From Verrucomicrobiaceae bacterium (GTDB taxonomy: Bacteria > Verrucomicrobiota > Verrucomicrobiia > Verrucomicrobiales > Akkermansiaceae): a stretch of DNA of 64,000 nt. Location of the stretch: assembly GCA_051252135.1 (NCBI GenBank), contig JBPOGH010000003.1, positions 96,001 to 160,000 on the forward strand. The letters run 5' to 3'. The notes under the pieces are model-generated. The model was not told where the DNA came from. It did not search any database and saw only the letters and a list, made by a program, of their open reading frames with translations. Position numbers and translations under genes: made by a program. This document shows, piece after piece, positions 1-10,137 of the stretch (position 1 is the first letter of the stretch; every line of letters starts with the position of its first letter).

Positions 1-83
1 AGCTCAAGGACCCCGCCCAACTCGACTCCTGGCTCCGTGATGGCTCCGCCGACTACATCGAAACCCTCTGCGAGTGGTCCTAG
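1..83 (+). CDS. 3' end of a CDS entering from the left edge (..LKDPAQLDSWLRDGSADYIETLCEWS*)
   Basis: Open frame with host-like C-ending codons ending at TAG 81-83, just before rnhA. Confidence 0.6.
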   Translation, partial: LKDPAQLDSWLRDGSADYIETLCEWS

Positions 84-98
84 ACCCAACTTAGGCCA

Positions 99-593
99 AT
101 GAAATCCGTCCACATTTATACCGATGGCGGCGCCCGCGGAAACCCCGGGCCCGGAGGCTTCGGAGCCATTCTCCTTTTCGACAAATTCCGCAAGGAGATC
201 AACGGAGCCTACGATCATACCACCAACAATCGCATGGAACTCATGGCCGCCATCAGCGCCCTCGAACTCCTCTCCGAACCCTGTCACGTCACCGTCCACT
301 CCGACTCCAAATACCTCGTCGACGCCCTCACCAAGAACTGGCTCAACGGCTGGAAAAAACGCGGCTGGAAAAAATCCGACAAAAAACCCGTCCTCAACAA
401 AGACCTCTGGCAACGCCTCGACGCCGCCATCGCAATCCACAAGGTCGATTGGAAATGGGTCAAAGGCCACGCCGGCAACCCCCTCAACGAACGCTGCGAC
501 GAACTCGTCCACGAGGCTATCGACGCCGGAGATCACATCACCGATCAAGGCTACCTCGACTCCCAAAAACCCGCCGGTGACACCCTCCTCTGA
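99..593 (+). CDS. rnhA: Ribonuclease HI
   Basis: [37 protein letters not shown] motifs. Confidence 0.97.
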   Translation: MKSVHIYTDGGARGNPGPGGFGAILLFDKFRKEINGAYDHTTNNRMELMAAISALELLSEPCHVTVHSDSKYLVDALTKNWLNGWKKRGWKKSDKKPVLNKDLWQRLDAAIAIHKVDWKWVKGHAGNPLNERCDELVHEAIDAGDHITDQGYLDSQKPAGDTLL

Positions 594-597
594 TCCC

Positions 598-1479
598 ATG
601 ATCCGCCACCTCCTCATCCTCCTTTGCTCCGCCAGACTTCTCGCCGCGCAAGCCCTCGACGTCCCCATCTTCGAGCAATCTTCCGAAGCCATGAAGGATG
701 AAGAGAAACGCATTGGAAAGCTCGCCGAAACATTCCTCGCCGAAGAACAAGCACTCACCCTGAAACAAATTCAGGAAGCCATGAAGAGCCCCGCCAAACG
801 GGCCCTCACCCTCAAAAAACCGGCCACCACCCCACTTCAAGCCTCACAGGTTGCCCAACACGCCCTCGTCTCAACCTACCGCGTCGGCTGGGCCTACCTC
901 TGTGATAACTGCGACCACTGGCACCTCAACCTCGGCGGCGGATACGCCATCTCCCATGACGGAGTCCTCGCCACCTGCGCCCATGTCGTCGATCCCGGCG
1001 AACTCAAAATTCGCGAAGGAACCCTCATCGCCATCAATCACAAGGGAGACGTCTTCCCCGTCAAATACATCCACGCCTACCACCAGGAAATGGACGCCGC
1101 CCTGCTCGGAATCGATGCCACCACCACACCCCTGGCCCTCAACGACCAGGTCCGCCCCGGTGACCCCGCCTTCTGCCTGAGCCGCCCCCTTGATCAGGGA
1201 AAATACTTCAGCGCCGGAATCGTCAATCGATTCTTCTGGGACAAAAAAGACCGTGGCGGAAATGATACCGGCCTCAACGCCCTCTCCCACCTTCGCCTCA
1301 ACGTCAGCACCCCCTGGGCCCCCGGCAGCAGCGGCTCCCCCGTCCTGGATTCCAGCGGCAACGCCATCGGTCACGTCGCCCGCATCGCCCCCCTCACCAA
1401 AAAGAAAAACTCCCCCGCGCTGATCACCCTGCACATCGCCATCCCGGCCCGGAGCATTAAAGCTCTGGCTTCCCATTAA
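598..1479 (+). CDS. Secreted trypsin-like serine protease
   Basis: Signal peptide from ATG 598 (MIRHLLILL), TCAH, MDAA and GSSGSP triad motifs; real start lies inside ORF 124..1479. Confidence 0.85.
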   Translation: MIRHLLILLCSARLLAAQALDVPIFEQSSEAMKDEEKRIGKLAETFLAEEQALTLKQIQEAMKSPAKRALTLKKPATTPLQASQVAQHALVSTYRVGWAYLCDNCDHWHLNLGGGYAISHDGVLATCAHVVDPGELKIREGTLIAINHKGDVFPVKYIHAYHQEMDAALLGIDATTTPLALNDQVRPGDPAFCLSRPLDQGKYFSAGIVNRFFWDKKDRGGNDTGLNALSHLRLNVSTPWAPGSSGSPVLDSSGNAIGHVARIAPLTKKKNSPALITLHIAIPARSIKALASH

Positions 1480-3185
1480 TCCTGGGCCCGATCGTAATCG
1501 ACCCTGAACGAGCGGTTCCGCAAACGGGAACCTTTCAAACCATTGATCACCTTGTCCGCCTCGGATGCCTCGACATCCACCAGCGTATGCTTCGGAAAAA
1601 TCCGGATGCGGCCCAACACGCCGTCCGGCAATTCGCACTCACGGTAAATCATCCCCGCGATGTCTCCCGGCTTCACACTCTGGGCCTTGCCCACCGTGAG
1701 AAAAAGAGTCGCCATCTTGGAGTTGCCTCCCTGCTGCTTCTTCTCCCCACGCTCAAAACGATTCCTCTCCGGACGTTCGCCACGCTCCGGACGATCACCG
1801 CGCTCCTTCCGGTCACGCCGCTCCCGGGGCTTCCGCTCCTTTGAAAACGGCTCATCCTTCTCGTTGTCCTCCGCAATAAACTGACCCTCACGCCCGCTCG
1901 TCTCACGAATCAAGGTGATCAGGGCATTGGATATATCGGTCGCCGTATGACCCTGCTCAAGCAAGCGGTCCAGATAAGGCTGATAACTCTTGTAATCACC
2001 CGCCTCCAAACGCTCCTGAATCGTATCAAAAAGCTGATCGGCACGACTTCCCTCCACCTGCTCGCGCGTCGGAATCCGTTCACGCTTAATCGGCTGACGG
2101 ATATATTTCTCAATCGTTTGCAGCCGGTAAATGTCACGCCCAAACACAAAGCTCACCGCCTTGCCCGAACGTCCCGCACGGCCCGTCCGGCCAATCCGGT
2201 GAACATAATCCTCGGGGTCCTGCGGCAATTCGTAATTCACCACCAGCTCGACATCATCGATATCAAGTCCCCGCGCCGCCACATCGGTCGCCACCAGAAT
2301 CTCCACCGCGCCATCCTTGAAACGCGCCAGCACCCGCTCACGCATCGCCTGCGTAATATCACCATGCAGACGGTCCGCCGTAAATCCACGGGCCAGCAAC
2401 ATCTCGGTCAACTCATCGACCACCCGCTTCGTGTTGCAAAAAATCACCGTCAGCTTCGGCTGCTCAATATCCACCAGGCGGGACAATGCTTCCACCTTCG
2501 AACGTCCTCGTACTTCATAGCACGACTGGTCGATGCTCGACACCGTAAGCGCCTTGCGCTCGATCTCCACCAACTCAGGCTCATTGCCAAACTTCTCAAT
2601 CAGACGTCGAACGCCCTGATTCATCGTCGCCGAGAAAAACATCGTCTGCCGGTCCTTCGGCAAAACCCGGAGCATCTCCTCCATCTCCTCGCGGAATCCC
2701 ATGTCCAACATGCGGTCCGCCTCATCCAAAATCACCGTCTTGATGTGATCCGGATCAAAACTCTTCCTGCGCAGGTGATCCAAAAGTCGCCCTGGCGTTC
2801 CCACCACCACATGCGTTCCCTTCTGCAACCCTCGCAACTGTCGGTCTATCGGAGCTCCGCCATACACCGGCATCGCCCGCACATTGCCCAGAGCCGAACC
2901 CAATCGAAACACTTCCTCACACACCTGCACCGCCAACTCCCGCGTCGGACACACAATCAGCGCCTGTGGCTTGTTCAGCTTGGGATCAATCCGCGCTAGC
3001 GTCGGCAGCGCAAATGCCGCCGTCTTCCCCGAGCCCGTCTGGGACAAACCGATCAAATCCACCCCTGTCAGCGCCAGCGGAATCGTCTTCTCTTGAATGG
3101 GTGACGGACTCTCGAAGCCCATGTCCACGACTGACTTTAAAAGCGCTTCGGGGAGGCCTAGTTCGGAAAATGCAAGAGTGCTCAT
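1476..3185 (-). CDS. deaD: DEAD-box RNA helicase with DbpA-type C-terminal RNA-binding domain (DeaD/CsdA-like)
   Basis: Q motif, [28 protein letters not shown]; start taken at MSTLAF. Confidence 0.92.
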   Translation of the reverse strand: MSTLAFSELGLPEALLKSVVDMGFESPSPIQEKTIPLALTGVDLIGLSQTGSGKTAAFALPTLARIDPKLNKPQALIVCPTRELAVQVCEEVFRLGSALGNVRAMPVYGGAPIDRQLRGLQKGTHVVVGTPGRLLDHLRRKSFDPDHIKTVILDEADRMLDMGFREEMEEMLRVLPKDRQTMFFSATMNQGVRRLIEKFGNEPELVEIERKALTVSSIDQSCYEVRGRSKVEALSRLVDIEQPKLTVIFCNTKRVVDELTEMLLARGFTADRLHGDITQAMRERVLARFKDGAVEILVATDVAARGLDIDDVELVVNYELPQDPEDYVHRIGRTGRAGRSGKAVSFVFGRDIYRLQTIEKYIRQPIKRERIPTREQVEGSRADQLFDTIQERLEAGDYKSYQPYLDRLLEQGHTATDISNALITLIRETSGREGQFIAEDNEKDEPFSKERKPRERRDRKERGDRPERGERPERNRFERGEKKQQGGNSKMATLFLTVGKAQSVKPGDIAGMIYRECELPDGVLGRIRIFPKHTLVDVEASEADKVINGLKGSRLRNRSFRVDYDRAQD

Positions 3186-3268
3186 CAATTCAAGTCCGCA
3201 CACCGGCGGGAGGTCTTACTTCTGTCAATTCCCGCTGATAGCAAGAACAGAATGATCCGGCTCCCTAA

Positions 3269-3421
3269 TCACTTCTTCCGCCAAAGCAAGAAGAACACCC
3301 CGCAAATTCCGCTAAACATCGCCGTCGATGGCTCCGGAATCGACGCAGCATCCTGCACGGTTTCAACAACAAACATCGGCGCAGCAAGCATCACCGCCAA
3401 AACAGGAATTATAACATTCAT
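3269..3421 (-). CDS. Minimal 50-aa PEP-CTERM protein
   Basis: MNVIIPVLAVMLAAPMF..IPEPSTAMFSGICGVFFLLWRKK: signal-like N-terminus, PEP motif, TM, basic tail. Confidence 0.7.
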   Translation of the reverse strand: MNVIIPVLAVMLAAPMFVVETVQDAASIPEPSTAMFSGICGVFFLLWRKK

Positions 3422-3545
3422 GGTGCAAGATCCGGCCCGTCCCCCCTTACGAAACAAACCCTCTAACAGAAGGATACCTTGATCCCCTGATAGACTCAAG
3501 ACCATTTGTTAAGAAATGTTAACTATCTATTCCCGCTGGCAACTT

Positions 3546-6500
3546 TCACGGATTCCCTCCCCGCAACACCGCACGAATCCGATAAAAATCCCGCCCCGAT
3601 ACCGGCTCCACACTTCGATAAACCGGACGACTCGTCCCATCCGCATAAAAGGTCTCGTCCACCAGCTCATAAGCTCCTCCCAGACGCTTCCAGTCCTCCA
3701 TATCTTCCTCGATCAACAACTCCACATCATCAGCCGCCAACACCCGCCGATAACTCAATTCCGCAAATCCGCCCTCCATCAACTCCAGCATCAACCCATC
3801 CGGAGCCGCATAATCGACCAGATTTGGAATGCCATCGCCATCATCATCCCCGGTGGGATCACCGGTAAACATCAAGGACTCGCCCAGCCCCGGAGCACCA
3901 CCTTCCGTGATCCCCGCCCGCCAGCTCGTCCCCTGCGTCGGATCCAGCAAACTCCCCGGCACCGCAATATAAACCAAACTCCGGTTACCCCCGTTCGCAA
4001 TCAACGGCCAAGGCAGCCCGGTCTTGTATTCAAAATCCCGAATCGCAGTCCCCGCTCCGAACGAAAGCTTCACCCGCTCCCCGTTGTTCGCCAAATTCTT
4101 GTCAAAGGTTCCCACCACAAACGAGGGCGTCGTCACAAATCCATAACGCAAATTAAACGCCGATTCCTTCCCCACCACCACCATCCGCTCACCCGGCTCA
4201 ATCATCGTCCGCGCCGCATTCACAAAGTCGAACTCGATCCCCTTGGTAAACCGCACCTCACTCAAATCCAGTGCCACACTTCCCGCATTCATGATCTCGA
4301 TCCACTCAAAATCCGATTCCTCCAACGTCGGATCTACCGCCAGCTCATCCACACTCGGCGGATTCGGCTCATACATGATCTCACTGATCACCAGACCATC
4401 CAACAAGGGCTGAATCGTCGGCACCCCCGCCACAAACTCCAGCGGATCCGACCAATTGCTCCACCGCCCCGTCATATCCTGATGCCTCACCCGTGCCCGA
4501 TACGTCTGCCCCACTTTCGTCACCGCCGGCACATCCACCGACGATACAAACGAACCCAATTCCCCTGATTCCCAGATCGACGACCATTCAAAAACCGGAT
4601 CCTGACCCACTGGTAGCAAATGCCGCTTACCCAAAATCGTCATCTCAAAACCCATGTCACTGCTGGACGCCGTCTGCTGGTGAACCTCGATCGCAATGTC
4701 ATTCACTCCCGGAACAAAAACCGAAGGAGACACCTCAAACTCATCAAAAGTCGATTCCCCTCCCGGAAAATCCGCCCTCACATCATAGGCCACCACCGTC
4801 TCCGCATGAAACCCCTCCCGAATCACCTGCTCCCCGTTCACATAAACAATCGCCCCGTCATCAACCAACAAACTGAAGATAAATTTCTCCATCTTGGAAG
4901 GATCCTCCACCGTCACCTGCGTCCGGAAATACGTCGTCGCGTTACGATTAAACGTGCTCCCGCCATACCCAACCGTTGTCTCAATATCAAGACCCGACAC
5001 CCCACCATAACCCAGCGGACTTAGCCCCTGCCCCCATGAACTGTCATTGAATCCCTGCTCCTTCCACGCCGTCCCCTGATCACTCCCGTCATCAAGATAA
5101 CGCCAAACGGATGCCATCGGCATAATCACTTCCTCCCCGCCGTCCGGCACCGAGACCTCCGCCAGTCGCCACTCCATCGCCCCAAAGGTCCCCGCTCCCT
5201 GCGGATCGGAAAAGGCGGAGCTCGTTAGCGCCACACCATCCTGCGGGAAACCATCCACTCCCGAGTAAGCAATCGTCGGCTTGTTCGGAATCGCCGGATC
5301 CGCCACCAACGCATCCAGATAAGCATCCCGACCCTCCTGCCCGGACACACCGGTGTCCCTCGAAATCAACGGCATCCTCGTATCCGACCCGCCAACCCAA
5401 CTGCCTCCATCAAAGGCAAACTTCTTCATATCCACCGTCACATCCTCAAGCGGCGGATCCGATTGGCTCCCCCCCGTTGCCGAACGCCAGCGATCACGAT
5501 CCAAATCAATCACCTGATCAATCTTCGCCGCCAACGGATCAATCAACAACGAGACCTGCTCCGGAGTCCAAATCAAATCACGCATCTCACGCACCACATT
5601 GAGATACTCCGTGTTAAACGGCTCCCTCGGCGAATTCCCGGTGGTCCCATAAATCGCCGCCTTCGCCCAATCGATCCCCGCATTCCAGTTTGGCCCCCAA
5701 CTCGTATCCGAGTCCCACGGCAGAACATTCAAACGGCCCAGTGGATTGGTCGCCGATGGCTCAAAATAATACGCCCGGTTCTTCAGATGCTCCGCCGTAT
5801 TCGGATCCACATCGTAGTGCCGGATCATATCCACCACGCTGTGATAGTGATACCAACTGTCATAATTCACATTCTCCCGCAGCCAGGCATCATCCTTCTC
5901 GGGCCGCAGTCCAAAAATAATATTCTGGAAATCCGACCCGTCATCCACCGCATCCGGTGCCTGATACCGCCGCACACTCACCCCGTCGGTCCGCCCGCTG
6001 ATCAGCTTGTAAAGGTTCCCCTTCTCCAGATTGTGCGCATCCAGGAACCGCTTATCATACTCCTCCAGCGCCAGCAGCATTCCGTAGTGATCCCCGCCAT
6101 ACTGATCCGGCGCTTCATCCTCACCCCTGATCACCCGCAAATTAAACCAATGCGTATTCGGTGCCGGCGTCCCCGTCAGATTCCACAAGGTGTGATTCAC
6201 GGACTGATCCATCCCCCAGGTGTAATGACCCCGTGAACCGATCATCTTGTGCGTCGCAAGATACTTCCACGGTTCGGGATACTTGTCCCCGTTGCTGTCA
6301 CGAAACGTCGGATAATTCCCCCGCTGGAATCGAAACTTCAAACTCCGCTTGCCGCTCCCGCTGTAGCGCGCATTCCGCTGACGCAGTCGATACTGCGTAT
6401 GGTCATAAACCTTCCCCTCATAAACAAACGTACAACTCCAGTTATAGGCACTCCGCGCATCATAGTTGTCCCGGGGAATCTGGTTGCTCCCCTGATACGC

Positions 6501-7595
6501 CACCGCCTGATTAAAATCCGCCGCCGTCGTCAGCACATGGTAAACCGGCACCGAACCCACCGTCGCCGCCGGATAAACATGACCCGTTCCGTTGATTGAT
6601 CGCGTCGAGGCCACAAAATCAGGAACCCCGTTGTAGACGAAATAAGCAAAGTTCAACGAGTCATCATCCGCATAAGGCACCTCAATCGACGCCCCACCCG
6701 TATCCGTCGCCACCACCCGATATCGGACCAACGTCCGATTCCCCTGCGGTGCAACCGTCGCCGTATACACCCCATCCCCCGCCAAAGCATCATCCCCGCT
6801 TCCATCATCGACCATCCCAATCGTCATCCACCCCCCGGCATCAAAGTAGTCCGGATTCGGAGTCCGCTCGCCATTCGGATTGGACAAAAGCAATGATGTC
6901 GACTTCGCCAGATAAGCCGGCACATAGGAACCGGGAGAAACAATCTGGATGAACAGCTCCACCGATCCCACCCCCTGCCCATCTGTCACCTTCGCCGTGA
7001 TCACCGTCTTCTCCGTATCATTCGGCTCCTTCGGCGTATGCTCCACCTGCCGAATTTGCGGAGGCACCACTGTCGAAAACACACTGTTCACTGCCTTCGG
7101 CGTCGGTGCCGATCCATTCGAACTCCTCCAGCTCCCTCCCAGATCATTGTCCAGCGAAGGATGGACCAATTCCATCGAAGACCCCGTCCCCCCCGCTCCC
7201 ACCGGCCACGGAAACGACGCCTGATAATTCACCACATCCACCACGATCCCCGCCGCGTTCCGTAACTCAACCCGCTCACCCTTCCCCGAAAGACCGCCCC
7301 CAAATGGACCAAGCGCCGTCACCCCGTGCACCGCCGACATCTGACCCGGGTTCTGCGCAATCACCAGATACTCCCCCACCCCAATCTCCGTGCTCCCCGG
7401 AATCGTAAACGAAATCCCGTCCTGAAAAAACCACCCCGAAACATCCACCACTTCCGTCCCCGCATTATAAAGCTCCACAAACTCATCCCGCGCCGTGTTC
7501 GGCTCACTGTTGTAGTGTATCTCATTGATCAACACCTGTGCGGAGAGAGCCGGCATCCAAAAAAACGGAGTAAGGAAATAAAGAAGCTTCTTCAT
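3546..7595 (-). CDS. Large secreted lamin-tail-domain / CotH-kinase-family protein
   Basis: Signal peptide MKKLLYFL.., two lamin-tail repeats (INEIHYN..EFVELYN; ISEIMY..EWIEIMN), CotH-like core (KN..Y..LPWD.D.SWG), C-terminal DDDGDG motif. Confidence 0.85.
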   Translation of the reverse strand: MKKLLYFLTPFFWMPALSAQVLINEIHYNSEPNTARDEFVELYNAGTEVVDVSGWFFQDGISFTIPGSTEIGVGEYLVIAQNPGQMSAVHGVTALGPFGGGLSGKGERVELRNAAGIVVDVVNYQASFPWPVGAGGTGSSMELVHPSLDNDLGGSWRSSNGSAPTPKAVNSVFSTVVPPQIRQVEHTPKEPNDTEKTVITAKVTDGQGVGSVELFIQIVSPGSYVPAYLAKSTSLLLSNPNGERTPNPDYFDAGGWMTIGMVDDGSGDDALAGDGVYTATVAPQGNRTLVRYRVVATDTGGASIEVPYADDDSLNFAYFVYNGVPDFVASTRSINGTGHVYPAATVGSVPVYHVLTTAADFNQAVAYQGSNQIPRDNYDARSAYNWSCTFVYEGKVYDHTQYRLRQRNARYSGSGKRSLKFRFQRGNYPTFRDSNGDKYPEPWKYLATHKMIGSRGHYTWGMDQSVNHTLWNLTGTPAPNTHWFNLRVIRGEDEAPDQYGGDHYGMLLALEEYDKRFLDAHNLEKGNLYKLISGRTDGVSVRRYQAPDAVDDGSDFQNIIFGLRPEKDDAWLRENVNYDSWYHYHSVVDMIRHYDVDPNTAEHLKNRAYYFEPSATNPLGRLNVLPWDSDTSWGPNWNAGIDWAKAAIYGTTGNSPREPFNTEYLNVVREMRDLIWTPEQVSLLIDPLAAKIDQVIDLDRDRWRSATGGSQSDPPLEDVTVDMKKFAFDGGSWVGGSDTRMPLISRDTGVSGQEGRDAYLDALVADPAIPNKPTIAYSGVDGFPQDGVALTSSAFSDPQGAGTFGAMEWRLAEVSVPDGGEEVIMPMASVWRYLDDGSDQGTAWKEQGFNDSSWGQGLSPLGYGGVSGLDIETTVGYGGSTFNRNATTYFRTQVTVEDPSKMEKFIFSLLVDDGAIVYVNGEQVIREGFHAETVVAYDVRADFPGGESTFDEFEVSPSVFVPGVNDIAIEVHQQTASSSDMGFEMTILGKRHLLPVGQDPVFEWSSIWESGELGSFVSSVDVPAVTKVGQTYRARVRHQDMTGRWSNWSDPLEFVAGVPTIQPLLDGLVISEIMYEPNPPSVDELAVDPTLEESDFEWIEIMNAGSVALDLSEVRFTKGIEFDFVNAARTMIEPGERMVVVGKESAFNLRYGFVTTPSFVVGTFDKNLANNGERVKLSFGAGTAIRDFEYKTGLPWPLIANGGNRSLVYIAVPGSLLDPTQGTSWRAGITEGGAPGLGESLMFTGDPTGDDDGDGIPNLVDYAAPDGLMLELMEGGFAELSYRRVLAADDVELLIEEDMEDWKRLGGAYELVDETFYADGTSRPVYRSVEPVSGRDFYRIRAVLRGGNP

Positions 7596-7768
7596 GAACA
7601 GGCGGGACCCTAGCAAGCGGGATTCACGATGGAAAGAAGCGGAAACCGCAATTTTCCTCATAATAAGATCAAGCCGATTTCGATTGCCCATTTGCCGCGT
7701 TACGATCCCAACCAAATATTCTCCCCCTTTTCCCTCCCGCTCCCCTTCGTAAACGGCTAATTTGAGAA

Positions 7769-8113
7769 ATGGACGAACAAAAGGACTCCACCGCCCAAGC
7801 GATCCGCAAAGCGGGATACTTCATCGGAGGATCAATCCTGGGAGCCTCCCTCATTCTCTCCTATTCCCTCGCTCCCCGGGGAAGAATTTCCGACGACACC
7901 ATCGTCGCCTTCACCCTGATCGCCGCCTTCATCGCCGCAGTCTTCCTCTTCGGAGCCATCTTCAACGCCTTCCTCAACCGACGCCGACGCCTCAAAAACG
8001 AGCAGGCCCAATTCGCCGCCCTCTCCGGTCGCACCTCGATGGGCAAAGGAAAAACCCGCATTCCGGTTCCTGAAAACGCTCCAAAAGTAACCCCATCCAA
8101 CCCCTTGGCCTAA
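7769..8113 (+). CDS. Hypothetical 2-TM membrane protein
   Basis: Two hydrophobic segments, host-like codon usage. Confidence 0.65.
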   Translation: MDEQKDSTAQAIRKAGYFIGGSILGASLILSYSLAPRGRISDDTIVAFTLIAAFIAAVFLFGAIFNAFLNRRRRLKNEQAQFAALSGRTSMGKGKTRIPVPENAPKVTPSNPLA

Positions 8114-8116
8114 CCC

Positions 8117-8392
8117 ATGTCCGACGAAAACAAAATCGCGGAAGCCATCGACCGCCTCCGCCGCACCATCTGCATCGTCGGACTCACCCTCCCGACCATT
8201 TGGCTCGCCATGACTCTCGACGGCAGCCGCATCAAACGCATCGGCGACCTCACCGAACGCTTCCTCCCCGCCATCGGCTTCAGCCTCATCATCACCGGCG
8301 GAGTCACCATCATCATCTGGATCGTCATTCTTCTCTACCGGGCACTCTCCACCCCCTATCCGGACTCCGAAGAAACAACGCCCGACGATTGA
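8117..8392 (+). CDS. Hypothetical 2-TM membrane protein
   Basis: Starts 3 nt after the previous stop; two hydrophobic segments. Confidence 0.65.
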   Translation: MSDENKIAEAIDRLRRTICIVGLTLPTIWLAMTLDGSRIKRIGDLTERFLPAIGFSLIITGGVTIIIWIVILLYRALSTPYPDSEETTPDD

Positions 8393-8458
8393 GAGGCCGC
8401 AGCCCGCTCCCTCAAACCGCCACCTTGTCATCCCCCCGCCTTCCCGCTTAACTCCGGA

Positions 8459-10132
8459 ATGCGCATCCTTGGCATCCTCACCCTCCTCACCGCCTCCCTC
8501 TTTGGAAAAGGCACCCTGACCAAACATCAGTTCACCGATTCCAAAATCTTCCCCGGCACCCAGCGCGACTACTGGACCTACGTCCCCGGGGAATACGACG
8601 CCTCAAAACCCGCCTGCCTCATGGTCTTTCAGGATGGCGGAGGCTTCGTCAACAACCCCGGAAAAACCGGCTACGCACCCGATGTCATCGACCAACTCAT
8701 CGCCTCCGGTGACATGCCCGTCACCATCGGCCTCTTCGTAAACCCCGGAGTCGTCCCCGCCCCCCGCAAAGGAGCCCAACCCCGCTTCAACCGCTCCTTC
8801 GAATACGATGGCATGGGCCCCAACTACGCCAACTTCCTCATCGAAGAACTCATCCCCACCCTCAACCTCAACATCTCTCCCAACCCCGACGACCGCGGCC
8901 TCTGCGGCGCCTCCTCCGGTGCCATCGCCGCCTTCACCGCCGCCTGGGAACGGCCGGATCACTTCCGCCGCGTTTACTCCATGATCGGCACCTACGTCGG
9001 CCTCCGTGGCGGAAACAATTACCCCGCCCTCATCCGCAAAACCGAACCCAAACCCCTCCGCATCTTCCTCCAGGATGGATCAAACGACCTCAACATCTAC
9101 GGCGGCGACTGGTGGATGGCCAACCAAACCATGCAACGCGCCCTCGAGTTCGCCGGTTACGAACACACCCACCGCTGGGACGAAGGAAAACACAGCCGCG
9201 AAGAAGGCACCAAAATCATGGCCGAAGCCCTCACCTGGCTCTGGAAAGACCACGGCAAAACTCCCGTCACCACCCACCTCGACAACGCAAAATCCCGCGC
9301 CTCCGAATGGCTCATCCCCGGCGAAAACTGGCAAGTCGTCAGCGAAGGACACAACTGGTCCGAAGGCCTCGCCCTCACCCCCGACGGCACCCTCTACTTC
9401 ACCGACGTCCCCGATAGCGAACTCTGGAAAGTCACCCCCGACGGCAAGGAAACCCTTCTCGCCAAAGACACCGCCAAAGCCAATGGCATCGCCCTCGGAC
9501 CCGATGGCAAAAAACTCTACACCGCCTCCGCCGGACAAATCCGCGCCTATGATCTCGCCACCGGCACCCACCAAGTCATCTCGGAAGGAGCCGGCGCAAA
9601 CGACATCGTCGTCTCACACCGCGGTCACCTCTACTTCACCGACCCCGCCAAAGGAAAAGTCTGGCACATCAACCTCGAAACCAAAAAGACCCGCAGCGTC
9701 GATAATCTCAAAGGCCTCAACGGCATCGGCATGAGCGCCGACCAAACCCTCCTCTTCGTCTGCCAGTTCGACGGCCCCTTCATCTACTCCTACTCCATTC
9801 AGGAGGACGGATCCCTCACCAACAAACAACCCTACTTCTACGCCCAGGGCCCCACCAACTCGGGCCGCTACGCCCTCGACGGCCAATGCACCGCCTCCAA
9901 CGGTCACCTCCTCGTCGGCACCGAAGCCGGACTCCAAATCTTCGACCAACCCGGTCGCGTCCAACTCGTCCTCCCCCGCCCCGCCTATGAGGATGGCCGC
10001 GTCAACTACAGTGCCCTCTACAAGGACACCCTCTACATCGCCACCCGCCACCGTATCTACAAGCGCAAGATCAAGCTCAGCGAAGCCCCCGCCTGGAAGG
10101 CTCCCGTCGGACCTCCCAAGCCCCGGCTTTAA
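8459..10132 (+). CDS. Esterase (enterochelin-esterase-like) fused to an SMP-30/gluconolactonase beta-propeller
   Basis: VFQDG, GASSG nucleophile elbow, then SEG..LYFTD, NGI, ND and DG propeller motifs. Confidence 0.88.
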   Translation: MRILGILTLLTASLFGKGTLTKHQFTDSKIFPGTQRDYWTYVPGEYDASKPACLMVFQDGGGFVNNPGKTGYAPDVIDQLIASGDMPVTIGLFVNPGVVPAPRKGAQPRFNRSFEYDGMGPNYANFLIEELIPTLNLNISPNPDDRGLCGASSGAIAAFTAAWERPDHFRRVYSMIGTYVGLRGGNNYPALIRKTEPKPLRIFLQDGSNDLNIYGGDWWMANQTMQRALEFAGYEHTHRWDEGKHSREEGTKIMAEALTWLWKDHGKTPVTTHLDNAKSRASEWLIPGENWQVVSEGHNWSEGLALTPDGTLYFTDVPDSELWKVTPDGKETLLAKDTAKANGIALGPDGKKLYTASAGQIRAYDLATGTHQVISEGAGANDIVVSHRGHLYFTDPAKGKVWHINLETKKTRSVDNLKGLNGIGMSADQTLLFVCQFDGPFIYSYSIQEDGSLTNKQPYFYAQGPTNSGRYALDGQCTASNGHLLVGTEAGLQIFDQPGRVQLVLPRPAYEDGRVNYSALYKDTLYIATRHRIYKRKIKLSEAPAWKAPVGPPKPRL

Positions 10133-10137
10133 AAAGG

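Noticed and set aside
124..597. N-terminal extension of the 451-aa ORF overlapping rnhA
   Set aside because: A Pro/Ser/Thr shadow frame of rnhA. The real protein begins with a signal peptide at 598. The same applies to the extensions of 17798.., 29526.. and 30457..
8390..8461. TGA of ORF 8117-8392 is in frame with the next gene's ATG (possible read-through)
   Set aside because: There is no redox motif or hairpin, the intervening translation is meaningless, and the downstream gene has its own signal peptide.
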